From: Rhizodiscina lignyota
Taxonomy: Eukaryota
Reading direction: 5' to 3'
DNA length: 64,000 nt
NCBI GenBank assembly: GCA_010015805.1
Contig: ML978134.1
Coordinates: 372,001-436,000 of the forward strand
Shown one piece after another: positions 1 to 14,303 of the stretch. Positions within the stretch are counted from its first letter, which is position 1; every line of letters starts with the position of its first letter. A program made the translations under genes and the position numbers. The notes under the pieces are model-generated. The model was not told the DNA's origin, did not search any database, and saw only the letters and a program-made list of their open reading frames with translations.

Positions 1-861
1 CTCCAGGGAGTCATATCTTGTCCCCATATGACACTATTGGCTTTACCCAAATTTTGGGCAATATACAAAACCAGGTACCTCGTGCGTCTACGTCAGCAGC
101 GTGACGGCATAGTATTACTCCGCTTCAATCGTGATCCAGCGAACTACCAGGCCTTCCAATACCACCAACAACTGCAGCGACATGGTTTATGTACTGTGCA
201 GTGCGTGCAGATGGCTGCTGTGCGACCAGCGACGAAGAACTGGTGCAGCCGATAATGGGGGGGCGGGATGTGCCGAGGAATTATATTGGGGCTCTCTTGT
301 CAGACAGGGGAAAGAGTGCCCGAGGTTTCGATCGTCGCTGCCAGCCACGGCCGGGTTCTCTAGCGCGAGAAGGTCCGCATCCTGCATCCTGTCTGCATTC
401 CCGTCCCATTGTTCCAAAACCAAACCACCACTCCATGCAGCACCGCCCCAAACTTCCCCTCTCGTCCCTTGTCAGCATTTTTGCTCCTCACATCCTGGAG
501 TTCCACGCGTTCCAGTTCTTCGTTTGTCAAACCCAGCAACGCTAGGCTCTTGGTTTACCTCCCATTCGATGGGCTCGCCCTTCGTTGATCAAGCTTTGGC
601 CAATTTAGTGGCGCTCAAAGCACACGAATCATGGCGCAGCAGGAAAGCCGTTGACGGTTGGGGAGGGTACCGGAGGCGTTGCTGAGCTCGCCGCTTGCAA
701 CTCCTGCAAATTAAAAGGCGACGCTCCCAGCCCGCGAGTGCAGCTCTTTCACGCATCCGCCTTCATAACCCTTACTGTCGCTCCTCTTTTCGCAGCGCAA
801 TCATCCACATTCTTACAGTCGCTCTTTGCCATTTTATTTAATACTTCTAATAATCTTCAGC

Positions 862-1429
862 ATGCGTTTCTTCACCCTGCTCGCGCTTGCCGGCGCCGCT
901 ATCGCTACTCCTGAGGTCGAGAAGAGACAAGATTCATCCGTGAACACGTGAGTATCTACTCAATCGCGTCAAAAGTCCGTGAATCTGACGCGCCTTTAGC
1001 GCTTCCATCTATGGTGTACTGATCACCGCCCTCCCTTCCTCTCTCCTCGCTGAAGCCACCAACACCGCAAAACTCTCTTCCGATATCGCGAACCAATTCA
1101 AGACGACTACACCCGGCTGGTTCCAGTCGCTCCCATCAGATGTCCAGAGCTATCTGATCGATCAGGGCGAGAGCACAATGTCGGTTATGAGCACAGCTGG
1201 CACCGCTGGGGCAAGCTCTGGCGTCTCTGCCTCCAAGAATGCATCCACCATCGCAACCCCAACTCTCTCTGCCTCATCTGGGTCCGGCTCCTCTTCCGGT
1301 GGTTCTTCAGGCGGATCTGGGTCTTCAGGAGCCTCTAGCGTCTCAACTGCTGCCGCCGCCATTCCAACCGCTGTTGTCGGTGGAGGCATTGCCGGCCTCA
1401 TCGGTCTCATTGGTATGCTGGCTCTGTAA
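862..1429 (+). CDS. Secreted Ser/Thr/Gly-rich, probably GPI-anchored cell-surface protein
   Basis: Signal peptide MRFFTLLALAGAAIA and Kex2-like KR; intron 948-999 (GTGAGT..TAG) joins in frame to TPGWFQSLPSDVQSYL, an S/G-rich stalk and a hydrophobic C-terminus (GIAGLIGLIGMLAL). Confidence 0.8.
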
Positions 1430-2212
1430 TTGAGGAATTGCAGTTTGGTGGGGAATTATATTATAAGAGTGGCAAAAGTCCAAGATGCGATGGCTTCCAA
1501 GCTACCGCATCACGGTGGAGTTGTAATGTGGAGGGTCAACTTTTTGCATGGAAGCGCACATTTCTGCCATTTAGTCTTGAGATGAGGGAATTTTGATACC
1601 ACAAAGCTGTTTGGACTTCCATGTAGCTATATTTACCCTCTATCTAATTTGAAACCTCGAACTTTCCTTAAGCATTTCGTTTTACCTGTCCTCGACTCCC
1701 GTCTGCTTCTGCGCGGGCCTATGGTCACTCATGGCGAATAGAATTTCTACGCAAGGACCGAATTATACCTTCTCACTCAGTTCGTTAGTTACACGCAATA
1801 CATCGTATGTCTGGGTCAATATGTAGTTTATATCGATCGTCACAAGGGTATCAAGGCACAGACTTGCCCCCGCCTCGTACGTATCCAATACGAACTCAAG
1901 AAGCGCCCTTAGAGCCAGGGATATTGATTACAACCAATACGTACTTCAGATTTTGTAGATAATATGGGTAGATCTCGAAGTTGCGATGTATTATGGCCTC
2001 AAGATTGCACTGGGACCCTGCATTAGGTCGCACGCGACAGCTCCGCGAAGCTGGCTCCCGAGGTCCCCCAATCCTATCATCGCGTGAGAATGCCGTCATC
2101 CACAGGAAGCTCATGTCCATCAGGTACCCGCTGTATGAATGCTGTACAGCGAGGCTGAGACTCTATCTACTCTCAATTGACCAGTTAGAGCAGAATAAAG
2201 GTCCCATCCCAG

Positions 2213-3545
2213 ATGGCTAGCTGTAAATCTCTTCGTCCTCCCTCGCGGTCTTTGCTCCGTACTGGGTTTCAAAGCTGTCTTTCCCGATCAAGATTTCTCC
2301 CATTATATGTCATACAGCAACGACAACAGCAGAGATGGTCCTCGCGGACTACACAATTCAAACTGAATACTGGTGCGGATATTCCTGCGCTGGGATTTGG
2401 GACAGTAAGCTGTTTGTGAATGTCCTGTTGGCCCTGCTTAGAGTTCTGACTGCATGTCTCCACAGTGGCAAGATAAAGAAGCACAGGAAGTATGTCCCAA
2501 ATGTATCGAATGAGCTATAAACGTGCTAAATGTATAATTACAGGATGCTGTCACAATTGCGCTTGCAACAGGATATCGACACATTGACACGGCACGCGTA
2601 TACGGAACTGGTACAAGAATTTCCATCCCTCGAATGGCGAATTGAAGACTATATCATGGCTAACCACCTCGCTACACAGAGGCGGCCGTCGGCGCGGCCA
2701 TCAAAAAGTCTGGCGTCCCGCGAAGCGAACTCTTCATAACCACAAAGCTCTGGAACAACTCTCACCACCCCGATGATGTTGAGCCGGCATTGGACGCGAG
2801 CTTGAAGGATCTCGGTACCGACTATGTCGACCTGTATTTGATGCACTGGCCTGTGGCGTGGGCGAGGGGCGAACAGTTGAGGCCGAAGGATGAGAATGGG
2901 AAGCTGATATTAGGCGATACCGACTATATCGACACGTATAAAGCTATGGAGAAGCTATATAAGAGCGGGAAAGCGAAGGCAATAGGAGTGAGCAATTTCT
3001 CGAGAGCCGAGATGGTGAGGTTGATGCAGAATACGAGGGTGGTATGTTTAAGAGCTACTTCTCCTGTTGTTATGTGAATATCGGGCGCGTGTACGATGCG
3101 AAGATATACTGACATGTGGACAATCTAGGTCCCAGCAGCACACCAGCTCGAACTACATCCCTGGCTGTCACAACCGGCTTTCGACAACTTCCACCGCAAC
3201 CGCAACATACACGTAACGCAATACTCGCCGTTCGGCAACTCCAACCCTGTGTACACAAAGGGCCAGGAGATGCCCAAGCTCCTTGATGACCCGACTCTGA
3301 AGAAGATCGGAGAGAAGCACGGGAAGACGCCGGCTCAGGTAGCGCTTGCGTGGGGGATAGCGCACGGGAGAAGTGTCATTCCCAAGAGCAAGACGAAGGA
3401 GAGGATTCAGGCTAATTTGGAGGGAGACTTCAAGCTTGATGAAGATGATGTGAAGAAGATTGATGAGATGAATAAGAGGTTGAGGTTCAATGATCCGAGT
3501 CAGAATTTCAGATGGGAGTTTTACAGTGACCTGGATGGGAAGTAG
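2213..3545 (+). CDS. Aldo-keto reductase (GCY1/YPR1-like NADPH-dependent); start codon ambiguous
   Basis: Spliced motifs [62 protein letters not shown]; introns 2405-2465, 2490-2543, 2611-2679, ~3042-3128. Confidence 0.9.
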
Positions 3546-4787
3546 ATCGCAAACCACAAATCGGCAAAATAGGGCCAAGAAGTGTTCATGCCAGAAGTTT
3601 GACAGATGTGCTCGGAAACCCAAACGATATGCCAAAGCAATTGTGCAGCAATATCAATGCTGTCATGCTTCGCATTGTACTTAGTATCGTGTGTAAATAT
3701 GTGCTTGTTCATAGCTCCGCTCAAATACTGAATCTGATTCTGTATATGATCGTAACCCCTTATAAAATGGAACTTCTCAAGCTACACTAGCCCCAGTGGT
3801 AATCTTCTTGCAGCTTGCAAGCAAATATACTCCAAGACATTATTCACGATCCTCAGCCGTAACGCGCTCGAGCCTCGAGTTTCAGACTGCGAACACTAGT
3901 GGACTCTGCGTGGAGCCAAAAACATGCTGGGACAATCGGTAGGGTTTATTTGTGCAATTCTGGAAACATTAGCAACATGAGCGTCTGCATGTACTGCAAG
4001 TACAGTGCCGAAAGCTGAACGGGCAATTATCTAAAACTATGGAAGTCAGCGCAAACAGCAGAAGTGGATTCTGCGCATAATCAAACGCAAGCTCAGCCCA
4101 CGTGGACCTCCGAACGCTTTGTGTTCAGAGATTTGGGACTGTTAAGTCAGCCTACGGTGCGCTGTCGATCGCAGAGGCTCCCTCCGCCGTTGAACGTGAC
4201 AATATGGAGACGTTTGAGGATTTCAGAGGTTGGGCGAATTCTACAAACCTAGAGAGTACAAGTTCAATTGGCCAATGAGAACGAGATTTCTTCTCGAACT
4301 TGATCAAACCGTGTAGGCGCCTAAAATTGATGCCTAATATATTTAGTGTCCTAAAAAGTAACAGGAATTTAATTCTTCTCGACGGAGCTTACAGAGAGAT
4401 CGTGACACTCGGCCGCAGACTCGTGAGGCAGTCGTTGAAACGCCGCGAAAGCGTTCTAGGCATCTGAAGACAAAAGAATTGGAAGAATCTCGAAGAGTTG
4501 GTAGTTCTTGGAAGCTTTAGCCCTTGATGCTCTTTCAAAAACTATCTTATTTGAATGAGCTATCTTATTCAAATAGAATCTTTGCTCCTTTCGGTCTGCC
4601 CACTTGTTGATCCGCCACAACGCCTTTCAATGCATTCCCATCAATCATGGTATCATTCTGCAATGCTTTAAACATAACCAAATGACGCTCAGTGGTATAA
4701 GGCATATCGCAGCTCAACTTCCTGTGGCGTGCTCATCTCTTGGGGGTTCTTGCAGCCTTCTGGTCGTCGGCGCTAGCAGATGGGTGT

Positions 4788-5112
4788 TCATCTGGCTTCG
4801 AACTGGACCATTCTGCAGAAGATGTCAGAATTTCGCGCTCTATACAGTGTCTACTAGGAAGTCTTCAGTATGTTGCCTCACTGACCTGTTTGTCCTCTCC
4901 TTGTACAGCACGCGGTGGCCGCACTCTTTACACCTGATCGGATCTCCCCTCTTCAAGATGACCTTGTTGTCGCACTCGCCGCACGCATACTGCACGGGCT
5001 TTGATTGGTCTTCGGTGGTGTTCACTTGAGCTGTGAGGTTGAAGGGATTGTTGGCGGTCCCAGTGGCGCCGCCGTAGCTGGGAGAGCCAGAGCCGCCTTG
5101 TTGCGTGGACAT
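4788..5112 (-). CDS. RPB12: RNA polymerases I/II/III shared subunit RPABC4 (Rpb12/Rpc10)
   Basis: YACGECDNKVILKRGDPIRCKECGHRVLYKERT zinc ribbon; intron ~4813-4885; last exon MVQFEAR*. Confidence 0.95.
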
Positions 5113-5513
5113 TCTGAGAATGCGGTGATTTCGCAAGACTAGATCCTGAGGAAGTTGAAGTCGGGTCGCGAGATTTGACGTTCAAGATGGATACACGGAG
5201 TGCGGAGGATGTAATACAGTTGGAGCTTGCATGTTGTTGAAACTATAAATTATTAACCCTAGCTCGAGGTGGCGGCAAATACCGGCGGAAAAGGAAAAAA
5301 GGGTCCAGTGCCAGCGTCCAGTGCCAGCGTCCGATGACGGAATTGCGGCAATTAGAAATCTAAACGCAGTCACTCGCCGCGTGTTTGACTAAAAGAGTTG
5401 CATTTTCTCCTCCTAAACAACAGTAGATTAGGAGCATTACGATTCCACACACTTCCTGACATCTCCATGATCGGTTTCCTGGGACAATCTGTTTGTTCTT
5501 CCTTCGCGCCACC

Positions 5514-7463
5514 ATGAGCGCCATCCTCTCGGCCGACGACTTGAACGACTTTATCTCGCCTGGGGTCGCGTGTATCAAGCCTATTGAAACGCTCCCCGCA
5601 CAACAGCCAGGCGATGGCTCTGTAAGCTACTTTAAATGCATTGTCCTGATGTCTATGAAGCATAGCTGACTGAGACGCCCTTCGCAGAATCCCTATGAAG
5701 TCACTACCGAAGACAAAGTTGCCGCCTCCAATCCTCCTCCGGCACAAATATCCCTCACAGACTGTCTCGCATGCTCGGGGTGTGTCACATCTGCGGAAGC
5801 AGTACTCGTGAGCCTGCAGTCGCACACAGAAGTCCTCAATACCTTGGATGCTTATCCGTCTTTGCCACTGCCATGGTCTGAGCACCGAGCAACGAATGGC
5901 TACCGGAATGGGATACATAATGGCTTGAATGGACATTCAAACGGCCAAGGATGGAATGAAAGAGATGGGAAGATATTTGTTGCCAGCATATCTCCTCAAT
6001 CTCGCGCTTCCCTTGCTGCCCTCTACAACATTTCTTCCGGCAGCGCGGGCCATTTGATCGAGCAGCTTCTCCGTGGGCCTAGCGGTCTCGCTTCCGGCGG
6101 TCAGCATGGCAGCCATTTCGCTTACGTTCTCGACACGAATGTCTGTCGTGACATCGCGCTGGTTATAGCCGCTCAGGAAGTTGAAGGTACGGCGAAAGAG
6201 CCAAAGAAGCCGATCCTCACCAGCGCATGTCCTGGTTGGATATGCTACGCCGAGAAAACACATCCACATATTTTACCGCACTTGTCGCGGTTAAAGAGTC
6301 CACAAGCGCTAACGGGGACGCTCGTGAAGAGTCTGTTGTGGAAGAAATATGGGATACCGCCGGAGAAGGTGTGGCATCTCGCAGTGATGCCGTGCTTTGA
6401 TAAGAAACTGGAGGCTTCCCGTGCCGAGCTGACATCTGCCGCGTGGAGTGGGTCCGGCGAACCAGTCCGCGATGTCGACTGCGTAATTACAGTTCGGGAG
6501 CTGCTCAATATGGCAGATGCGAGAGGGATATCCTTACCAAACCTACCACTGAGATCCGTACCGAGAGAAAAGTTTCCGGACATGGAGATAGATCGATTTT
6601 TGTTCCCTCCGGGGCGGCGGAAAAGAGGTGTGAATGGTGAAGATCAGGCTGCTGGAACAAGCGGAGGCTATTTGTGGCACGTCTTGCAAAGTGCCAGTGC
6701 AAAGGAATGTGGAAGCCGAGTGGAAGTTGAAAGAGGGCGCAATGCGGATGTCGTTGAATACCGTGTCGTACGGGATGGAGTCACAGGAAAAGAGATTTTG
6801 TTCCGAGCTGCAAGATATTATGGCTTCAGAAACATCCAGAATCTGGTCAGGAGGCTTAAGCCGTCAAAAACAAGCAGACTCCCCGGTGCTGCTAGGAGAC
6901 CTGGAAGCCATACTAGCCCGGCTCAGACTGGATCCGGCGATTATGCTTACGTGGAAGTCATGGCATGCCCTGGTGGATGCACGAATGGAGGGGGTCAAAT
7001 AAAAGCAGCGGACCTTGGCTCGCTTGGTGCAGTTGAGGGAGGCACGCTAGACATTGACATGGACGGGAAAGGAGGAGTTACAGATCAAAGGAAACTGTTG
7101 GCAAAAGTGGACGAGGCGTACTTCTCTGCGTCTAGCGAGTCTGAGGGCGAGGATTCTGACGAAAATATGGATGAATTTACAGACACGGATGCGATGGATA
7201 TTGATGATACCCCACGAGTTAATGGACACGGGCAGCGTAAATTTGACGGTGGTCATGGAAAAGAGGTGGTAAATGGTATTTCTATCCGGTATATCTCGGA
7301 TGTCCTGAGGCACTGGTCTGATACCACAGGGATCGATATCGATACACTTGTCTATACCAGCTACAGGGCAGTGGAAAGTGATGTCGGGAAGAGTAAAGGC
7401 AAGAAAACAAGTGATGTGGAAAGAGTGGCCGGTCTGGCAAGCAGCATTGGTGGTGGATGGTGA
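5514..7463 (+). CDS. NAR1: Cytosolic Fe-S cluster assembly factor Nar1 (hydrogenase-like)
   Basis: [23 protein letters not shown], intron ~5622-5688, [52 protein letters not shown]-terminal W. Confidence 0.95.
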
Positions 7464-7792
7464 GGATCTGCTTGGTTCAATGTATGCCACGAATAGAATT
7501 GTGCATATCTAGACATGTAAGAGCTAGCATGAGAACCATTTAATGAGTTCATGAGTATGATAAAGGCATCAATCCATCGATCGCCCGACTCCTTGAACAC
7601 CAGGCAATGCAAATGACAACCGAGTAAATAATGGCGAGAGAGATCGCAACCGCTGCGTTAATCATGCCCATATCAAAAGCACAATGCGAGTCCTCTCGTA
7701 CGCAGCTTGTGTATATCAAGATCATCTTGAACCGCCTGATGTATCAGCGTGACTATCGAGCTCATTTCGTGCACAGCGGTGTATGCATGTGT

Positions 7793-8338
7793 CTAGTACG
7801 TCGAGCCTTCAGGTGGCTGCGGCAGCTTCTTGTTCTGCGGCAGGGCCATGTACCTCCGCAGCTCAATCAGGATAGTCTCCATGGTGAACTCGCGCTTCCA
7901 CTGTTGCAAGCATGGCAACTTCGTCGGATCGACCTCGCCGGTCTTCTGGTCAACGCAGGGAACGTTAACTTTGGACACGAAAGTGACGGTGGGTGGCTGA
8001 TCAGGGTAGTTGTCGCCGCAGTGAATCTTGAGGGAGTATATCCGGTTCTCATGGACGCTCTACTCATAGACCGGTGTCAGTAAAACTTTGATTTGTAGAC
8101 GCAGTATTAGAGGAGGCGCAAACTAACGTGTGGAGGACCCAAGATAGTGCCGTTCCAGTTTGTCATGAGCAGATCTGAGCCGTCGTCCAGGCCATATGAG
8201 CACGCCTCTAATCAAGATCATTAGCCGTGTGATACAGTAAGGCGGTAGCAACGCCTCTATCATACCCGCGCCCAAGCCCTTCTCGCCTTTCTCAAGCTCT
8301 TCGAGCAACCGAAAGTTCCTAGGCACCTTGGCACCCAT
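7793..8338 (-). CDS. MMS2: Ubiquitin-conjugating enzyme variant Mms2
   Basis: [52 protein letters not shown]; two introns. Confidence 0.95.
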
Positions 8339-8679
8339 GGTGGACGTCTGTGAATGTAAAGGCTAATCCAATCGGTGGTGGCGAGGCACGAGTTGTAGGG
8401 AGTCAAGCAAAGAGAGCTTTAGGAAGGAGTACAAAGGCCGAAGAGAGAGAAGGCGGTTTATATAAGTGCTGCCTTCAAACTGCAGCTTGCACGCGCATGA
8501 CACGATATGTTGGCTTGTGTAAGGCTGAAAATGGGCGGCTAATATCCGGCAAACTGTCCCTACAGGCTAGGCCAGGATACTTGTTGTGGACATTTGGCCT
8601 ACCGCACGTGGAAACGTAGCAAACGCATGCATGCATTGATGTACCAAATTCCTAGCCTCTCCGACAATGCGTGACGAGC

Positions 8680-11600
8680 ATGACTGCTCAGATACTGAAT
8701 TCTGAGCTTTCGAACCTCGTTCAGGAGTCGAAACGCAAGAACCCAGAACTTCGAAATGTGAATCTGGATGCCCTTCACTCCTGATCATACCGGCTGACGT
8801 GTAGAGATGTAGGCGGCAGAGAAATCACTCCAAGACCTCAAATCTCTTTCGGTGACGTCTGAGTCTCAGCTTTCTGCTGGTAGGTTCGCAAAACCAGATT
8901 TCAATAATATACTGACTTTGGCGAAGACCTTGTCCGACGACCGCATTTCATCACCCCCTTCCTGCTCGCATGTTCTAGCAAGAATGCCAAATTCGCAAGC
9001 TCTGGGGCCGGCTGCATTCAAAGGCTGGCCATTTCAAGTTCGCTCCCTAAGGAACGCCTCAAAGAAACCATTGACGCCCTGAAGGAATGTAATTCAATCA
9101 GTAAGAGATGTGACGCCTCATCTACACCCCTTTCACTGACATACCCAAGGTCTTGAGGTCCAGCTCAAGATATTACAAACGCTCCCGGCTCTGTCTCAGA
9201 ATTATTCTACCGCTATCCGAGGAGAACTTCTATTTGGTCTATTGCAAACATGTTCGGCTTTGCAAGCCGCAAAACATATCGCTGTGAGCAGTTCCGCGGC
9301 CGCCACATTACAGCAACTCATCGCCTCTCTCTATGAGGGATTAGAAGATGAAGACTCTAGGTCTCTCGAAGTCCCCACCGTGGCGGAGGTTCCAGCTGAG
9401 AATGGCCGTATCCAAGTTCGATCTGTTGCTCACGATGCTTACCGGGTCTTCTATGATCTCTGTCTTTTAACAGAAGGATCCAAACCGAAATATGTGAAGC
9501 TCACATCTCTTCCTCAAACCACCGGGCTGGAATTGATTGAGAGTGTACTTTTGAGTCACGCCTCAATCTTTGACAGCCATCCAGAACAGGCCAACATCCT
9601 TCGTTCCATATTGATGCCTTTCATCATCAGATCACTTTCAGAACGCCAAAACTTTCCCATCACTGTACGAGTGATGCGCGTTCTCTCTGTTGTGGTTCGC
9701 CGTCATCTTGCAATTGTGCCCTCGGAAGGCGAGATTTCACTCGGACTCGTTAACCACATGCTGGACCCGGATGCGGCGCCTTTATGGAAAAGAGCTTTGT
9801 GCATGGAGGTATTTCGCTTTATATATAGCGATATTGGCCTCATTCTGCAAATCTGTAGTCAATATGACGATGCAGATGGCAAAAAGCAAGTGCTCCGAGA
9901 CAACTTGGCGATGTTTGTCCGAATGGCATCTGAGAAACCCTCAGTTATCGGCCTGGGACAGCAGTCAACAATTCCTGCCGGCCAAGGCCCGAACGAAGAT
10001 GGTCCTCTGGAACCACCTGTTATGGAAGCAACAGGTGTCTCAGGTCTCATTAGCACACCGGCGAATAACACATCACCAGGCATCAGTGTGCATTGGAGTT
10101 CAATAAGAACCGCTTGTCTGGATCAACTGGACAAACCAGACCCACCTCAGCTCCCTGAAACGTACATCTATTCTCTTGTACTGACCTGTATCAACAACCT
10201 ATCCGAGAATTTGGCCAGATTTACGCTGCCGCTCACTGTCCATAAGGAAAGTCGAGGGCGAAAACGTGCTGAGACGCAAGAATCTAGCGAACGGGAAGCC
10301 TCACCTCTTCCACTAACGGAAACCACTGGTGGGCAAGAGAGCTCCAATGGCTTGTCAAGAAGCACCTCACATCGCAAACGGACTGTGCCGATCAACCCCT
10401 TGACACTGGAGGGCCACCGCTCTCGACAGGGTATCAAGGTCATCGCTTCGTTGATTGAGAATAGCTGGCCTGCAGTGCTCGCTTGCTGCTCCACATTCCT
10501 TTACGCAGCCTTGGACAATGAGTACTACCGTGCGCTCGTGCGATCATTTCAGAAAATCACGCAAGTTGCGGGCCTTTTGAGGATGGCAACCCCCAGAGAT
10601 GCGTTCCTAACCACGTTGGGCAAATCGGCTGTTCCACCCAATGTAATCGCGGCAAACATGTCACCAATGACTTCAGTTCCAGAGAGCCCAAGCATATTTC
10701 AAAATGCTAAAGGTTTACTGAGTGTGGATGCTCTGGTCAGTCCAAGCACGCCAACAGACAGAGATCGCCGTGCTTCTGCAGACTTAGGACCTCCTTCCCT
10801 GAATGCGAGGAATTTATTGTGCCTCCGGGCTCTTGTCAACATCGCTATTGCGCTTGGCCCAACATTAGAGGGTGCATGGGGGATCGTCTGCGAAACGTTG
10901 CAACAGGCAGACATGATCATGGCAATTTCGTCATCTCGAGGCCCCAATCGTGACCAACGTTCAGCCGGAGGCCCCATGCCAAGGTCAGATGGGGAGAATA
11001 CTGCACCGCAATCAATTGCCACAGAAGTAGCAGCGGTTCAGGCAGCAGCGTCGAGGTTGTTTGAAAGCACTGCAGACTTTCCAAATGAGTCCTTCGTGCA
11101 TGTACTGGCGGCTCTATGCAAGCTCCTGCACACTGAGGAATCTCCTGCAAAGCGCAATCAATCTGGAAAACGATCACCGAGCCTCATGCAGCACCAACGT
11201 AGAATCGGCAGCTTCTCAGCAATATCAATTAACACCGAATCGCAAATTCAAGACTACGTACTGGCGCTGCGAAAGATAGGCAATGTTGCCACGCTCAACG
11301 TTGATCGATTCATACAATATGATATCGAGTCGAGCGGATGGGGATTGCTAACAGCCCATTTGATATCGCTCTCCTGCAATACTAGCATCGCAAGCCCAGC
11401 ACGTCGTCTTTCTGCTGAAATCTTGAGCAGGATCGCTCAGGAGTCGGTCAGCTCCACAGCTGCGGAAAATCCGGAAACTCGTAGCAACATTCAGAAAAGG
11501 GCATTTGCAGCACTGGCGGCGGGAATAAATGGCCTAGGTTCGAATGAGGATTCGAAGCAATATTCTCTATCCAGAGACATTGACGCTGATGTCCATTTCA

Positions 11601-14068
11601 TCTTCCTCGAAGCACTTCGATCCATGGTCGAGCAGAATGGCGACAGCATTTCAGACGGTTGGGATGCTGTGTTTGGCATTATGCTTAGCGCGTTCAGGTC
11701 TCATGAGCTACCTCCAGTGCACATATTGCACCCAACCGGCGCAACAAGCGAACTTCAGCTGCATTTCAGATCAGCCAAGCTCGGTCGAACAGCCTTTGAT
11801 ACGATCCAACTTGTGTGTTCTGACTTCCTGCGCTCGGTTCCTGACACTCTGACGTCCACACTTGTCGACATTATATTCCGATTCTGCTGCCAGCTGGATG
11901 ATCTAAATGTATCTCTCACGGTATGCAATTACTCTTACTTCATAATTGATTTCACTCTTGATTGTTGTGGCTCGAGGCCCATCAGATCGTTGCATTTATG
12001 CACCGTCAGCTTGGTTTACTGCTATGTTGGCACATTGCATCTGCATTAATTTGTTTCAATTCTAACAATTAACTTCTAGATGACTGCCTTGTTCTGGAAC
12101 ATCTCCGACTTCCTTCAAGCCCAAATCACATTGCCTCTTCTCAACGCGTATCTCGAAAAGATCGCAGCGGAAGATGATACCCCTACGTCTCCACCAACAG
12201 CATGGCTGTATCTTCTACAGCGGTTAATCATCATCACCGCTGATACTAGGCCGGAGGTCAGGAATACAGCCGTCCATTCAGTTTTAAGAATCTTTGGCAA
12301 CTGCGAACTCTCTACTGCATCGTGGATCACTTGCTTCCGCCTTGTTCTGATTAGGATGGTCGAACACAATGTTGAGAGCCACAAAGCAATATCATCTGCT
12401 GAAACGAAGCCGTCGCAAGAAAGCCTTGGTGCCTGGAACGAGAGCTCCCGCTTGTTGCTTGGTGGATTCAGTGACCTGTTCGCAGCCAATCTTAGAGCGC
12501 TTCTGAAATCTCCGCAATGGCCACGGTTGTGGGAGTCTGTAATGGAGCAGTTTGGAGCTTATTTGAGTCTGCGTTCACTGTACCTTCACGGCATTGTGTA
12601 CTCCGCGCTCTTCAAGATACTAACACAGTACACTGACGATAAGTCGCGAGTCGATGACATGGACGTAGTTCTAAATCTGTGGCTTGCTAACTCTCCTGCC
12701 GTTACATCCATGGATGCCCAGGATACATCAACGGCGCCATTCGAGTCGTATGTCATGATGTTCCGGCAGCTCTACCAATTGTTCCATATCCGCATGCTCA
12801 CTGGCATTCTCGAAAAATGCACTGCCAATCTGCTCGATTGTGTAGAGATCTCAGGCAGTGCCACCTATGAGAGTGATCTGGACACGATGACCAAGCTGCA
12901 GTCAGGAGTTATCGAATGCTATAGGGATATTGATAGCAAATGCCGGGATGCACTGTCCCTTCTGGTTACGATCCTCAGTAAGGCAATATCGCTTCCGTTC
13001 CGGCAGGCTACTAGAAGCGGAGGACGCAAACAGTCGACATTCATTGCCTTCTCTAAAGCAGCTATGGATATGCTCGAATCAATAACGTCTGAGGAACGAA
13101 AAGACGTTGATGACTCTCTAGAAAATGCGTCGCTGATGGGTGCCCTCGAAAGCCTGGAGAAACCAATAAAATTGAAGTATCAGTGGCCACTGCAAGGCAA
13201 GCAGCCCTTTCTTTGGCAAAAATCTACGAGTACCGCGCTCGCTCTACTCCGCCATCGCCTGCATTCTGCTTCTCTTGGAGACGACACTAAATCCGTCTGG
13301 CTGGCTGTCGTTAATATAGCTGCTGCAATCACATGTGCCGACTGCAGTTCATGCACAGATCTTGAAGCCGTCCTCTCTGACGAACAATTCGACATCAATG
13401 CGCTCACTACCCTCCGCGAGCTTATTGTGCCGTTCCTTGGATCTCCCTCCGTACCAGACACCACGCGCCGCCACTACACCTCTTCCCTATTCCTAAACTC
13501 ACTCATCCACAAGACGGAGCCTGGTGAATACCCAACTCCACCAGCTGAGCCGCTTCAAACCCTCTACACTGTCCGCTTCGGCCGCACCAGCAAGCCTTCG
13601 CCGACAGTCCGCACAAGAATGGCGTATTTCTGCTTCTCCGAACTCCTGGGTCTCACGTCTTGCACACATCTCTCTAGCGACACCGACAGAAGCGAGGCGT
13701 CCAGATCGTTAGAGCGCGTCCGCCTCGCACAAGCTGCGGCGCCTTATCTTATCCTGCGTGCAGCACTGCCGATCAAATCTTACATTGCAGATCAATCCCT
13801 GCGCGGCCGCGCACCGCAGCCATTCTCCCAGCGAGAAGAGCTACTGTTCACGCTGCGCCAGATGCGTGCACTCAAGAGCGAAAAGGGCGCGATCCCTGAG
13901 GCGGAAGGCGCGAGCACGGAAGACAAGAGGCATCTTGTAAGGCTGTTTCCCTTAGTGACACGAGCGTTGGAGGTATGTGGGGGACGAAAAGGGCTGGCAA
14001 GAGATGAGGAAGTGTTGGTGGAGATGGTCGGGTGGATTGGAGATGTGGGTGGGGAGTTTGGTATTTAG
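8680..14068 (+). CDS. MON2: Mon2/Ysl2 endosomal-Golgi Sec7-related HEAT-repeat protein
   Basis: Start MTAQILNSELSNLVQESKRKNPELRN, three short 5' introns, long ORFs 9242-11920 and 12080-14068 with WPAVLACCSTFLYAALD, PRDAFLTTLGK, IQLVCSDFL, FWNISD, RPEVRN; intron 11921-12079. Confidence 0.9.
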
Positions 14069-14303
14069 TACATCGCTGATAGACAAAATGAACTTTCTGG
14101 CTTGGATTTGGACGGAGTCTGTGGCGGCATGAAGACACGAGTTTATGTTTGAGGCGTCTCAGTTGCTTCTTCAGGGCCAGGAAGTTTAACACCCATAGAG
14201 GAATTTGCAAAATAATATTGATTCTTGGGGTATCAAATCGTTAACCTTATACTGCGTGGACCTGCTTTAGCAGATCTTGTATTTCTTCTGCGTAACCCCG
14301 GCA

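Noticed and set aside
28..685. Several overlapping 65-184 aa ORFs
   Set aside because: No recognisable motifs or splice structure; consistent with promoter DNA of the GPI-protein gene.
4548..4575. Hairpin TATTTGAATGAG..CTTATTCAAATA
   Set aside because: Short AT-rich palindrome downstream of RPB12; no target-site duplication or second copy, so not called a MITE or terminator.
5303..5332. Tandem GTCCAGTGCCAGC x2 in the RPB12/NAR1 promoter
   Set aside because: Two copies only; simple local duplication with no further support.
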